From the sequence record SRR31156797_1393: a DNA stretch of 34,281 bases; one strand, 5' to 3'. The notes beneath the pieces were generated by a model. The model searched no databases, was not told the DNA's origin, and worked only from the letters and a program-made list of their open reading frames with translations. Below, piece after piece: positions 25,276 to 34,281 of this stretch. Numbering within the stretch: position 1 is the stretch's first letter; every line of letters begins with the position of its first letter. A program made the position numbers and the translations under genes.

Positions 25276-27204
25276 ATGAAAATACTTCAAATCAGCACTT
25301 ATGATATCAGAGGGGGCGCAGCAAGGGCCTCTTATCGATTGCATCGCGGCTTGCGCGGCATGGATCAGGACAGCTGCATGCTGGTAAGGTACAAGGAGAC
25401 CGATGACGATTTTGTTTCTGCCATCGGTCAGGAGCAACAAACGGATGCGGATGGGTTTTTTCTGGAAGTTCCCATTCAAGAACGGTACATTAATGGGAAT
25501 CGAACGGACATCAGCAATACGTTGTTTTCCCTTCCCTATCCCGGTTATGATATTTCCCGGTCGCCCCTGGTGCAAAATGCGGACATCATCAACCTGCATT
25601 GGATTTCCCAGTTCCAATCGCCTGTGACATTGAAACATCTTTTTTCCCTGGGTAAGCCTGTTGTCTGGACATTACACGATCAATGGGCCTTTACGGGGGG
25701 GTGCCATTATGCCGGCAGTTGTGAGGGGTTCCGCAGCAATTGCAGAGAATGTCCACAGCTTGCGGAAGATCCGTTTTTCGTGCCTGAAGCAATCCTCCGG
25801 GACAAGGAAGAACTTTTCCAAAAGGCGAACATCACCATTGTAACGCCAAGCCGATGGATGGGCCGTTGCGCCGGGAAAAGCCGCCTGTTCAAATCCTTGA
25901 GGGTTGAAGTGATTGCCAATTCTCTGGAAACGGATATTTATTCTCCATTAACCAAGGAGCAGGCCAAAGAGCGCTTGGGAATTCCCCATGATACGGTAAC
26001 ATTTCTTTTCGGTGCCATAGACGGAACCGAAAAGCGGAAAGGGTTTGCCGAACTGGTCGGTGCCATGGAGTTCTGCCGTCAAAATGAGGCTTTTCGGGAA
26101 TTGCTGCGTAAAGGCCGAGTAAGGCTTCTCTGCTTTGGAAGCCCCAATGACCGGTTGGAAAGCATGGGAATTCCCGTCGTCTCATTGGGACGGCTGAGCA
26201 CGGATGAAGATATCAGAAGGGCCTATTCGGCCTCGGACATCTTTTTGCTGCCGTCCCTGGAGGATAATCTCCCCAATACCATACTGGAGTCCATGAGTTG
26301 TGGTACGCCGGTGGTGGCTTTTGGTGTGGGGGGTGTTCCGGACATGATTTCAGACGGTATCCATGGCCTTCTTATCAAAGCCTTCCATATTGAGCAAATG
26401 GGTGAGGCAATCGTCTCTCTTGTCATGGACCCCCACAAACGGTTTTCCATGGGAAAAGCATGTCGCGAAAGGGCCGTCAGGGATTACGCTCTGGATGTTC
26501 AGGCGGGAAATTATTTAAACCTGTATGATTCTTTATTACGTCAGGATCAGCCTTCGACGACGGACATGAAAAGCGGTGCCGGACCGAATGGGATGGAAAA
26601 TGGCGCTGCAATCCCCTTGGCACCCACCCGGGCTTCTCTGAACACGGCCCTGGGGCCACGATTTGGTGTTGTTTACGACAATGTGCTGTTTCAGGCCCTC
26701 AAGTCTTTCGCTCCCCATGTCCACAACCGGTGGAACATGAGTGAGTTGGACCGGCTTAAACGCCTGGAACAAGTCAAAAGGCTGACCTCTTTACTGGAAT
26801 CCTGCGAGTTGGACCGGCTTAAACGCCTAAAACAGATCAAAAGGTTGACCCGTTTATTGGAATCCTGCGAAATCGACCGGGAAGCGCGCCTGGAACAGGT
26901 TAACGAACTGACGGGACTGCTGGGGGCCTGCGAAAGGGATCGGGCGGCCCGGTTGGATGTGATTAACAATCTTGCTGAGAAAAAAAACAACACTAAAATC
27001 AGAAAAAAATTGGATGAATGCCTTTCTGAAATAGAAGGGTTGAGACAACGGTTGGACCATGAGACCGAAAGGGCTCTTGTGGCCGAACAGGGATTGAAGG
27101 CCCTTGAAAATACCCAGGTGGTCAGAAAAGCGAGAAAAGTCGGATTTATAAAATTAGAAAAAATGAATTTTTTTAAAAACAATGAAGATGAAAAATCAAG
27201 TTGA
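25276..27204 (+). CDS. GT4 glycosyltransferase (WcaC-like) with a C-terminal tandem-repeat coiled coil
   Basis: GGAARASYRLHRGL, DIINLHW, VVWTLHDQWAFTGGCHY, TPSRW and EDNLPNTILESMSCGTPVV motifs, followed by 21-aa repeats. Confidence 0.88.
   Translation: MKILQISTYDIRGGAARASYRLHRGLRGMDQDSCMLVRYKETDDDFVSAIGQEQQTDADGFFLEVPIQERYINGNRTDISNTLFSLPYPGYDISRSPLVQNADIINLHWISQFQSPVTLKHLFSLGKPVVWTLHDQWAFTGGCHYAGSCEGFRSNCRECPQLAEDPFFVPEAILRDKEELFQKANITIVTPSRWMGRCAGKSRLFKSLRVEVIANSLETDIYSPLTKEQAKERLGIPHDTVTFLFGAIDGTEKRKGFAELVGAMEFCRQNEAFRELLRKGRVRLLCFGSPNDRLESMGIPVVSLGRLSTDEDIRRAYSASDIFLLPSLEDNLPNTILESMSCGTPVVAFGVGGVPDMISDGIHGLLIKAFHIEQMGEAIVSLVMDPHKRFSMGKACRERAVRDYALDVQAGNYLNLYDSLLRQDQPSTTDMKSGAGPNGMENGAAIPLAPTRASLNTALGPRFGVVYDNVLFQALKSFAPHVHNRWNMSELDRLKRLEQVKRLTSLLESCELDRLKRLKQIKRLTRLLESCEIDREARLEQVNELTGLLGACERDRAARLDVINNLAEKKNNTKIRKKLDECLSEIEGLRQRLDHETERALVAEQGLKALENTQVVRKARKVGFIKLEKMNFFKNNEDEKSS
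26743..26973 (+). repeat. 63-bp (21-aa) tandem repeat, about 3.7 copies, inside the GT4 gene
   Basis: Units start at 26743, 26806, 26869 and 26932: ELDRLKRLEQVKRLTSLLESC / ELDRLKRLKQIKRLTRLLESC / EIDREARLEQVNELTGLLGAC / ERDRAARLDVINNL. The first two share GAGTTGGACCGGCTTAAACGCCT exactly. Confidence 0.9.
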
Positions 27205-27259
27205 ATGGATGAAAAATATTTTTTCCGCTAGGTTATACGGTTTGGGGAGGCACGGTTAG

Positions 27260-28876
27260 TTGGCTTTCATTGCAGTCGATATGACGCCGGTGCTTCCCGG
27301 TGGAAAGAACGGCGGCGCCAAGATTCTCGCCATTGAGCTTCTGAAATCCTTTCATGAAATGGCGGTTCAGGACCGGTTCTTGGTTCTGACGGCATCCTGG
27401 AACCACGATGATCTGGCGGTTTTGGATGGTCCCAATATGCAAAGGTCTTGTATTCTGACGGGCCAGGAACCCAAGCCGAAACGGCACCACGCCCCTTATT
27501 CCCGTCGATTTCGCCGGGCCATGGGGAAAATCAGAAGCCGTCTGAAGCGTATTGCCGGAGGGCGGTCTCCCATGGGCAAAAGCCTGGCAGCACAAGGGGT
27601 GGAGCTGCTGTTCTGCCCTTTTACCGCGCCCACCTATGCAGAGGTGAGCATCCCGACGGTTTCCGTTGTTCTTGATCTTCAGCACAGGGAACTGCCGCAA
27701 TTTTTCAGTCTTCACGAAATTGGTTTGCGAAACGATTTCATGGCGGAATTAACGCGCAGAGCAGACAGAATCATCTGCATTTCAGAGCATACCCGAAAAA
27801 CGGTTCTCAAATACCTGGGGATTCCCCCTGAAAGAACACACGCGGTCCCCATCTGTATTCAAAAAAGGTTATCCCGTCCCGAAGCGGAAAAAAGAATACA
27901 GTATCTGGCGGATTACGGCATTGCAAGACGGCCGTATATGTTTTATCCGGCCAACTTCTGGCCCCACAAAAACCATTCCATGCTTTTAACGGCTTATGGC
28001 ATGTATCTTAAGCGCAATCCCCATAGCCCCATTGATCTCGTGTTTACCGGGGCCCTGAATGGCGGTGAAGATGCCATCAAGCAGGCGGTTACACAGATGG
28101 GTCTGGCGAAACGGGTCCATTTTCTGGGATTTGTCCCCCAAGAAAAGCTTGCGGCGGTTTGGTTTGGCTGTGAATTCCTGATTTTTCCCTCCCTCTACGA
28201 GGGGTTTGGGATTCCCGTTCTGGAAGCCATGTCCATCGGAAAGCCGGTTCTGTGTAGTGATCGTGCGAGTCTGCCGGAGGTGGCCGGAGATGCGGCACTT
28301 TATTTTGATCCGAGAAGCCCTCAGGCCCTGGTGGATTGTATCCAAAAAATCACCACGGATAAACGCCTCCGAAGCGATCTTGCGGAAAAGGGCCGGATCC
28401 GCGCCGATCTTTTTCATCCCGATGACATGACGAGACGGTATCTTGAAATATTCAAGAAAGCCATAAAGGACCCCGGCGATGTAACCAATGAAATCATGGG
28501 TCTATTTGAAGACGGATGGATGGGCGGTAAAACGGTTGTTGTCTATGCTTCCGGCCCACCGGACAGAATGCTTGAAATGAAACTTGAGGTACCTCCCTGG
28601 CTTCCGGCCCGACGGGTGAAAGTAACCCTCTGCGATGCCCAACGGACCTTGCAGCGGGGGAATATGCGCCCCGGTGGGGAAATGGTGATACGCCAGGCGT
28701 TACCTGACATACATGGGAGTATAACACTTTCCGTGACCCCCACCTTTAAACCATGCGATTACGGCATGGGGGATGATTTGCGGAACCTGAGTGTTATCTG
28801 CCGGGAGTGTAAACTGGTATTGCCCCATGAAGAGGGGGTATTGGATTTTATTAAAATGAAAGGAAACAGGGTTTGA
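27260..28876 (+). CDS. GT4 glycosyltransferase (mannosyltransferase-like) with a C-terminal beta-rich domain
   Basis: IAVDMTPVLPGGKNGG, DLQHRELPQFF, YPANFWPHKNH and FPSLYEGFGIPVLEAM motifs. TTG start behind GGAGG. Confidence 0.88.
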   Translation: MAFIAVDMTPVLPGGKNGGAKILAIELLKSFHEMAVQDRFLVLTASWNHDDLAVLDGPNMQRSCILTGQEPKPKRHHAPYSRRFRRAMGKIRSRLKRIAGGRSPMGKSLAAQGVELLFCPFTAPTYAEVSIPTVSVVLDLQHRELPQFFSLHEIGLRNDFMAELTRRADRIICISEHTRKTVLKYLGIPPERTHAVPICIQKRLSRPEAEKRIQYLADYGIARRPYMFYPANFWPHKNHSMLLTAYGMYLKRNPHSPIDLVFTGALNGGEDAIKQAVTQMGLAKRVHFLGFVPQEKLAAVWFGCEFLIFPSLYEGFGIPVLEAMSIGKPVLCSDRASLPEVAGDAALYFDPRSPQALVDCIQKITTDKRLRSDLAEKGRIRADLFHPDDMTRRYLEIFKKAIKDPGDVTNEIMGLFEDGWMGGKTVVVYASGPPDRMLEMKLEVPPWLPARRVKVTLCDAQRTLQRGNMRPGGEMVIRQALPDIHGSITLSVTPTFKPCDYGMGDDLRNLSVICRECKLVLPHEEGVLDFIKMKGNRV

Positions 28877-29772
28877 GTCTCTCCATCAGCGTAGTGACCC
28901 CTTCATACAATCAAGGACGGTTTATAGAACGAACCATAAAAAGCGTCTTGGAACAAAATGTGCCATCGCTGGAATACATGGTTGTTGACGGTGCAAGTAC
29001 GGACGGGACCGTGGATGTTTTGAAAAAATATGGAACCCGCCTGAATTGGGTTTCGGAAAAAGACAGCGGCCAGACCGAAGCGGTGAATAAAGGAATAAAG
29101 GGGACCAGCGGAGATATCATCGGGTGGCTGAATTCGGATGATATCTACTATCCGGGTGCCGTATCCGCTGTTATAAGTCATTTTGAAGAATATCCGGGGG
29201 CGGATGTGGTTTATGGGGAGGCCGATCATATCGACGAAAACGACCGGATCATCGAAGCGTACTACACGGAAAACTGGAATTATGAGCGACTGAAAGAGGT
29301 CTGTTTTCTTTGCCAACCCGCGGTTTTCTTCAGGCGGCGGATCCTGGATCGGTTGGGTTTACTGGATGCGGGTTTGCGGTATTGCATGGATTATGAATAC
29401 TGGCTGCGTCTGGGGGCTGAGGTTCCTTTCATCAGGATGAAAAAAAAACTGGCCGGATCCAGAATGTATGGGGAAAACAAAACACTGGGAGAGCGTATTG
29501 CCGTGCATGGAGAAATCAACCATATGCTTCGGAATCGCCTGGGAATTGTCCCTGACAAATGGATCTACAATTATGCTCATGCGTGGGTGGATCGAAAAAT
29601 TTTCGATCGGACAAAACCGTTAAATGATCTTCTCTATGTGATGATGCTGATCGGGGTCAGCAGCGCCGGGTTCCTGCACTGGCGTGGAAATCTGCCGCTT
29701 CATTCCGCCAGAACCATGGGCAAATGGGCTGCCGCCGCTTTTTTAAATGTTATTGGGAAACCCAAACCATGA
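28873..29772 (+). CDS. GT2 family glycosyltransferase
   Basis: ISVVTPSYNQGRFIERTIKSV, VDGASTDGT, GWLNSDD, CQPAVFFRR and MDYEYWLR motifs. The TTG start overlaps the upstream stop. Confidence 0.9.
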   Translation: MSLSISVVTPSYNQGRFIERTIKSVLEQNVPSLEYMVVDGASTDGTVDVLKKYGTRLNWVSEKDSGQTEAVNKGIKGTSGDIIGWLNSDDIYYPGAVSAVISHFEEYPGADVVYGEADHIDENDRIIEAYYTENWNYERLKEVCFLCQPAVFFRRRILDRLGLLDAGLRYCMDYEYWLRLGAEVPFIRMKKKLAGSRMYGENKTLGERIAVHGEINHMLRNRLGIVPDKWIYNYAHAWVDRKIFDRTKPLNDLLYVMMLIGVSSAGFLHWRGNLPLHSARTMGKWAAAAFLNVIGKPKP

Positions 29773-30944
29773 GAATCGGATTTGATATAAGCCAGACCGG
29801 CAGCCATAAAGCCGGATGTGGATATTTCGCCGATTCCCTCATATGCGCCCTGGCCGATTTGGACTGCGAAAATGAATATATCCTGTATCCCCATTTCGGT
29901 ACGACCTTCTGGGATCCTAGCGGGGAGAAAAATACCAGAAAGCTCGACAAGCCCAATATATGGCGAAAACGGATCGGGAGGGATCTTGAAACGGCGTTTG
30001 CCTTCTGGGAAAATATGGGCGTCGATGTTGAAGAGAGACTGGGAAATCCCGATGTCATTCATGCCAACAACTATTCCTGCCCGATGGGCTTTAAAAAGGC
30101 ACGCATTGTATATACCCTCTATGACTTGAGCTTTTTTGATTACCCTGATTTGACCACCGAAGAAAACCGAAGTAAATGTTTTGGGGGTGTTTTCAGCGCA
30201 GCGGTTTCTGCCGATTTCATTGTCTCCATATCCCAATATTCGCTGAATCGCTTTCTTGAAACATACCCGCACTATCCCAGGGAACGTACCGGTGTGGCGT
30301 ATCTGGGGTCCCGTTTTGTTTCCGACGACCCAAACCGCATTATTGGGAAATCCGTTGGTCATCTGGTACCTGACAAATTTTGGTTAAGTGTCTGTACCCT
30401 GGAACCTCGAAAGAATTTGCGCAGGTTTCTTCGTGCATTCAGGGAATATCTTAAACATACTGCAAACGCGTACCCTTTGCTCCTTGCCGGAGGCAAAGGT
30501 TGGATGGAAGGAGAACTGGAATCCTTTATCGAACAGTTGGGTTTGAGTGATCATGTAAAACTCCCCGGCTATGTCTCGGATGAAGAACTTTGCTGGCTTT
30601 ACGAAAACTGTTTTGCCTTTGTATACCCCTCCCTGTATGAAGGCTTCGGCCTTCCGGTTCTGGAAGCCATGGGATTCGGGGCAGCCGTGGTTACATCCAA
30701 CACCACGAGTTTGCCGGAAGTTGCGGGGAGGGCGGTACACTATGTGAACCCCTTGAGCGAGAAAGAGATGACCGAAGGGCTCCTCAAAATCGAGAGAGAG
30801 GAAGGATACCGAAAAAAGCTCAAAGATAAAGCGTGCTTGCAGGCAAGAATGTTTTCCTGGGAGAAAAGCGCAAAAGAGCTTCTCCTTATCTACAACCGAG
30901 TATTGAGTATGCCAAAGTTTGCGCCATGGGGGAGGAAAAAATGA
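29769..30944 (+). CDS. GT4 glycosyltransferase (mannosyltransferase-like)
   Basis: MRIGFD, TLYDL, TLEPRKN, YPSLYEGFGLPVLEAM and SLPEVAG motifs. ATGA overlap with the upstream GT2 gene. Confidence 0.9.
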   Translation: MRIGFDISQTGSHKAGCGYFADSLICALADLDCENEYILYPHFGTTFWDPSGEKNTRKLDKPNIWRKRIGRDLETAFAFWENMGVDVEERLGNPDVIHANNYSCPMGFKKARIVYTLYDLSFFDYPDLTTEENRSKCFGGVFSAAVSADFIVSISQYSLNRFLETYPHYPRERTGVAYLGSRFVSDDPNRIIGKSVGHLVPDKFWLSVCTLEPRKNLRRFLRAFREYLKHTANAYPLLLAGGKGWMEGELESFIEQLGLSDHVKLPGYVSDEELCWLYENCFAFVYPSLYEGFGLPVLEAMGFGAAVVTSNTTSLPEVAGRAVHYVNPLSEKEMTEGLLKIEREEGYRKKLKDKACLQARMFSWEKSAKELLLIYNRVLSMPKFAPWGRKK

Positions 30945-31089
30945 TTCGACCTACCATTATGGAACTGCTAAGAAGCAGACCGATCGGGAGCAAACGTATG
31001 CCAAATCTGGCTCAAACAAAAGGCATAATCAGAAATTCCGGATGCTCCCCATCGATTTCCAATCATAATGCCCTTTTAGGAGTCACAAC

Positions 31090-32358
31090 ATGATCGTTAC
31101 CAATGGCGCTGATCCAAACCTTCATCCTTATCTCTTGAATAAACTTGCGTGTCCTGTTTGCCTGTCTGATTTGATATACTCCGATGTCGGTGAAAGAAAA
31201 GAGCATCTTGTTTGCACTGCCTGCAAGAGCACTTTTCTCATATCAGACAGTTTGCCAATCCTTCTTATTCAAGACAAGAATTGGCAAAAAAAGGCTGATG
31301 AAATCGCGGGAGAGGTTGGTTATAATATAAAAAAAATCCCTCCTGAGGTACATGTGGAACGGAATACATATATCAATAAGAATACCAAGGCGTTTTTAAA
31401 GGAGTCGGGCGCGGATTTCTCAAGGGATGAAATCCTGATTGTCGGATGCTCTTTTGCGGAGTTGGCGTTTTTTGTTGACAGGTGTAAACGGGTGGTGTCG
31501 CTCGATATAGTGCCCTCGTTGGCAAAAGGGTGTCTCGTGGCAACGGAAGAGCAAAACATACCGGCGGCTTGGGTTTGCGGAGATGGGGAATGTCTTCCGT
31601 TTGAAAATGAAAGCTATAACACCGTGATAGTCCGTCAAAGTCTACACCATATGGTGAAGTATCAATCGGCCATCAGTGAGTTTTTTCGTGTTTGTAAAAA
31701 AGGCGGTCATGTTTTAATAATTGATGAGCCTTTTGTAGAAACGGATTTGCATGATTCACCCCTTTCTTTACTTCCCAATGAGTTCCATGTCTACGGAGGG
31801 ATAGAGCTTGGGAATATCCGGGAGAAACTCGGAATTCAATTTGTTTGCAAGGCACCCCAGGGTATGAAAAAATGGCGTACATCCATGCGTAAGCTTCTGG
31901 GAAGCTATGGAAGAAGAGGATGTTTTGGCATAAAGAATCTATCTTTTAAGCCATCAGCGCAAATGTTACTAAAAGATAGAGATTTAGAGAAAGAGGTCGT
32001 CTACGTCAAACCGGACATCGAGGATCCCGAGACTTATTTGGCCGATAAATACTACTCTTTCTCTCTAATGCAATGTATTCTTGCATTAAGCCTGCATACC
32101 AACGATTTTCAATTAATATGGCCGCCGGAAATAGCTTGGACTGATGAATCCGACGGTTCCGTCCGTTTTTACCATGGCCCAAATCCACACCGTGAAAAAC
32201 CCCTTATCGAAAAATTGGTGAATACGGGTAACGTCTCGATTGCTGCAAGGAAAACGGTATCTACAACCGTTTTTCGCGACCGGTCAAGTCTCAATGCGAT
32301 TCCACTCGATTTGGCACATCGGTTATCATATCCAAATGATGCCAAACTCGATCAATAA
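31090..32358 (+). CDS. SAM-dependent methyltransferase with an N-terminal Trm112-like zinc finger
   Basis: LACPVC...LVCTACKSTFLISDSLPILL (Trm112-like), then ILIVGCS, SLDI, GDGECLPFENESYNTV, SLHH and FRVCKKGGHVLIIDEP. SD AGGAG. Confidence 0.8.
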   Translation: MIVTNGADPNLHPYLLNKLACPVCLSDLIYSDVGERKEHLVCTACKSTFLISDSLPILLIQDKNWQKKADEIAGEVGYNIKKIPPEVHVERNTYINKNTKAFLKESGADFSRDEILIVGCSFAELAFFVDRCKRVVSLDIVPSLAKGCLVATEEQNIPAAWVCGDGECLPFENESYNTVIVRQSLHHMVKYQSAISEFFRVCKKGGHVLIIDEPFVETDLHDSPLSLLPNEFHVYGGIELGNIREKLGIQFVCKAPQGMKKWRTSMRKLLGSYGRRGCFGIKNLSFKPSAQMLLKDRDLEKEVVYVKPDIEDPETYLADKYYSFSLMQCILALSLHTNDFQLIWPPEIAWTDESDGSVRFYHGPNPHREKPLIEKLVNTGNVSIAARKTVSTTVFRDRSSLNAIPLDLAHRLSYPNDAKLDQ

Positions 32359-32645
32359 AATTGCATTGTGTCAAGTTATTAATATTCAAAGGTTTAATTT
32401 TGGGGCCGGGCAAAATATAATCGCGGTATCCGTCCCCGGCAGCATTTATGGTTTGGATTAAGCTGTTGATGCCTTGAGAATAAAACCATTTCTGTTCCCA
32501 TCGGCGGTCGATTTCGCAACGGCGTGGCGAAGGATCGAAAGGGGCAGGCAGCGTATTTCTCCCATCTTCAGTCTTTTAACCACCATGAGCGGGTCATTTT
32601 TTACGTTGACAAACCGTCACGGTAGAGGGTCAGAGGGTAATCGTA

Positions 32646-34281
32646 ATGGACGTTGAACCCAAAAAGTATCCCGTATCCAACCGGCCCTGGTTCAAAAATT
32701 CTATGGTCGTCATAGGCTTTTTGCTGTTAACTTCTCTTTTTTTCTGGGAAATTCTGGGGAAACAGGGGTTTTTCTGGGGGGATTTTTCTTTGTCCATGTA
32801 CCCTTTCAGAAGTTTCATCGCAGGCAGCTATGCGGAGGGGCATGTTCCCTTGTGGAACCCTTATGTGTTTTCCGGGTACCCTTTTGCGGGTGATATTGCC
32901 TCCGCGATTTTATACCCATTTAATATTGCATTGTCCCTGTTCGTTCACGACGGCTCTCTGAAATTTAAATATGTAGAATACCAGGGTGTTTTTCACATCT
33001 TTCTCGCCGGTCTGTTCATGTATTGTTTGATGAGATCTTTCAAACTGGATCGACTGTCCGCCTGCATAAGCGCTTTTGTATTCATGTTTTCCGGTTTTCT
33101 CATAGCCCATATGGGTCATTTGGGAATGGTGAACGGTGCGGTCTGGCTTCCTTTGGTCATCCTTTTTCTGAACAAGGCATTCAAGGAAAAAGGTGCCGTC
33201 TGGTGTATTCCGTGCGGCATATCTCTGGCGTTTTCCATTTCGGCGGGGCATCCCCAGGTACCCCTTCTGATCATTTTCGCCATTGCGTTGTATACCGTAT
33301 GTCATGCGGTTTATGCGTACATGGATGAGGGGCGTTTAACCGGTCTGTTCAGACCGTTGGTTTTTTTTGCACTTACCCTTTTCATCGGTTTTGCCCTGAA
33401 CATTTCGCAGATTCTTTCCGTTTCGGAGTTTTTTTCCCAGGCACTTGTGCATCGAAACAGCTATGCGGCGTCAGTGGGGTTTTCTTCCCACCCGAGAAAT
33501 TTGATTACCCTCCTTGTACCGTTTTTTTTCGGAAATCAAAGTCCCCATGTGTGCACCGGCTGGGGGGAATGGAATTATACTGAAATGGCGGGGTATGTGG
33601 GGATTCTACCCCTTCTACTGGCGTTATTGGGGGGCATGTTCAAAAAAAACAGGGATACCCTGTTCTTTTCAGCCCTTGCCGTTTTGTCCATTATACTGGG
33701 TTTTGGTGGTTATACTTTCCTCCACGTGGTTAACTGGCTGATTGTGCCCGGCTTTGACCAGGTGCGTTGCCCAGCAAGGTTCATTTTCCTTTTTGATTTC
33801 TCCGTGGCCTTCCTTGCCGGGTTCGGCGCCAAATTTCTGTTTCAGGAATTGAATGGAATTCATAAGGACAAATTTGCAGGATTGACAAAAGTCCTTATGA
33901 GAATATTCTGCGGGATCATCGCATTGACCGGTCTTTTTTATTTCGGGATGGTATTGAGTGTTGCCGCTCCGAAAGGCTATCAGCTGTTTTCCAATCTTGT
34001 GGACAACCTGGTTCTTTTTGATGTTTTTCTAACGTTCAGCCTGCTGTTGTTACTGTGGAAACTTCATCAGAGCGTAACCGTAAACACCTTGAAGACGCTT
34101 GCTGTTTTTGTGATATTGCTGGATCTTTTCACCTTCGGCTGGCGGTTCAATGCCGGCCCTGATCCCAGGCCGGGTTTTGATGAAAGCCGATTGATCCGAT
34201 TCATTAAAAAAGACCCTTCGGTTTTTCGTATCGCCAATGATGGGGTGTTTCCCGCGGATCTCCCCATGATACATCGGCTGC
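32646..34281 (+). CDS. YfhO-like polytopic membrane protein (GT-C fold), 3'-truncated by the window edge
   Basis: Absent from the ORF track because it has no stop in the window. I translated it by hand from ATG 32646 with no stop: MDVEPKK...FFWGDFSLSMYPF...PLWNPYVFSGYPF...LYP...WLP...AGHPQ...YVG...VPGFDQVRCPARF, with many TM helices. Confidence 0.85.
   Translation, partial: MDVEPKKYPVSNRPWFKNSMVVIGFLLLTSLFFWEILGKQGFFWGDFSLSMYPFRSFIAGSYAEGHVPLWNPYVFSGYPFAGDIASAILYPFNIALSLFVHDGSLKFKYVEYQGVFHIFLAGLFMYCLMRSFKLDRLSACISAFVFMFSGFLIAHMGHLGMVNGAVWLPLVILFLNKAFKEKGAVWCIPCGISLAFSISAGHPQVPLLIIFAIALYTVCHAVYAYMDEGRLTGLFRPLVFFALTLFIGFALNISQILSVSEFFSQALVHRNSYAASVGFSSHPRNLITLLVPFFFGNQSPHVCTGWGEWNYTEMAGYVGILPLLLALLGGMFKKNRDTLFFSALAVLSIILGFGGYTFLHVVNWLIVPGFDQVRCPARFIFLFDFSVAFLAGFGAKFLFQELNGIHKDKFAGLTKVLMRIFCGIIALTGLFYFGMVLSVAAPKGYQLFSNLVDNLVLFDVFLTFSLLLLLWKLHQSVTVNTLKTLAVFVILLDLFTFGWRFNAGPDPRPGFDESRLIRFIKKDPSVFRIANDGVFPADLPMIHRL

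Noticed and set aside
26743-26973. 63-bp periodic repeat as a CRISPR array
   Set aside because: The whole unit repeats in frame inside a CDS, with no unique spacers and no cas genes.
174-34274. The many short overlapping ORFs in the six-frame track, mostly antisense
   Set aside because: They are shadows of well-supported genes and show no motifs or RBS. This includes the ORFs within 32474-34274, which mostly overlap the YfhO-like frame.

Overview
A bacterial cell-surface locus, probably from a Desulfobacterota (deltaproteobacterial) genome; the taxon is an impression from gene style and was not verified. All but one gene is on the + strand. In order: (1) the 3' part of a type II secretion system (T2SS) operon: gspK (5'-truncated), gspL-like, gspM-like, gspC-like and a lipoprotein secretin gspD; (2) 70 bp later, a Wzm/Wzt glycan ABC exporter and two glycosyltransferases, one fused to a PIG-L deacetylase; (3) a separately transcribed 333-aa exported protein that is very acidic and Cys-free, with a consensus sigma70 promoter, an upstream perfect palindrome, a long leader with a second Shine-Dalgarno (SD) site and a strong terminator; (4) two lipoproteins, one a 7-repeat FG-GAP propeller; (5) about 20 kb of glycan assembly and tailoring genes: GT2/GT4 enzymes, three GT-C-like membrane proteins (the last YfhO-like and running off the window), four methyltransferase domains and a radical SAM enzyme. 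The best reading, which is inference, is a dedicated T2SS, an S-layer-like major surface protein and a glycan pathway that either decorates or anchors it. Four T2SS parts carry polybasic insertions that may complement the acidic cargo. I found no RNA genes, CRISPR arrays or mobile elements.
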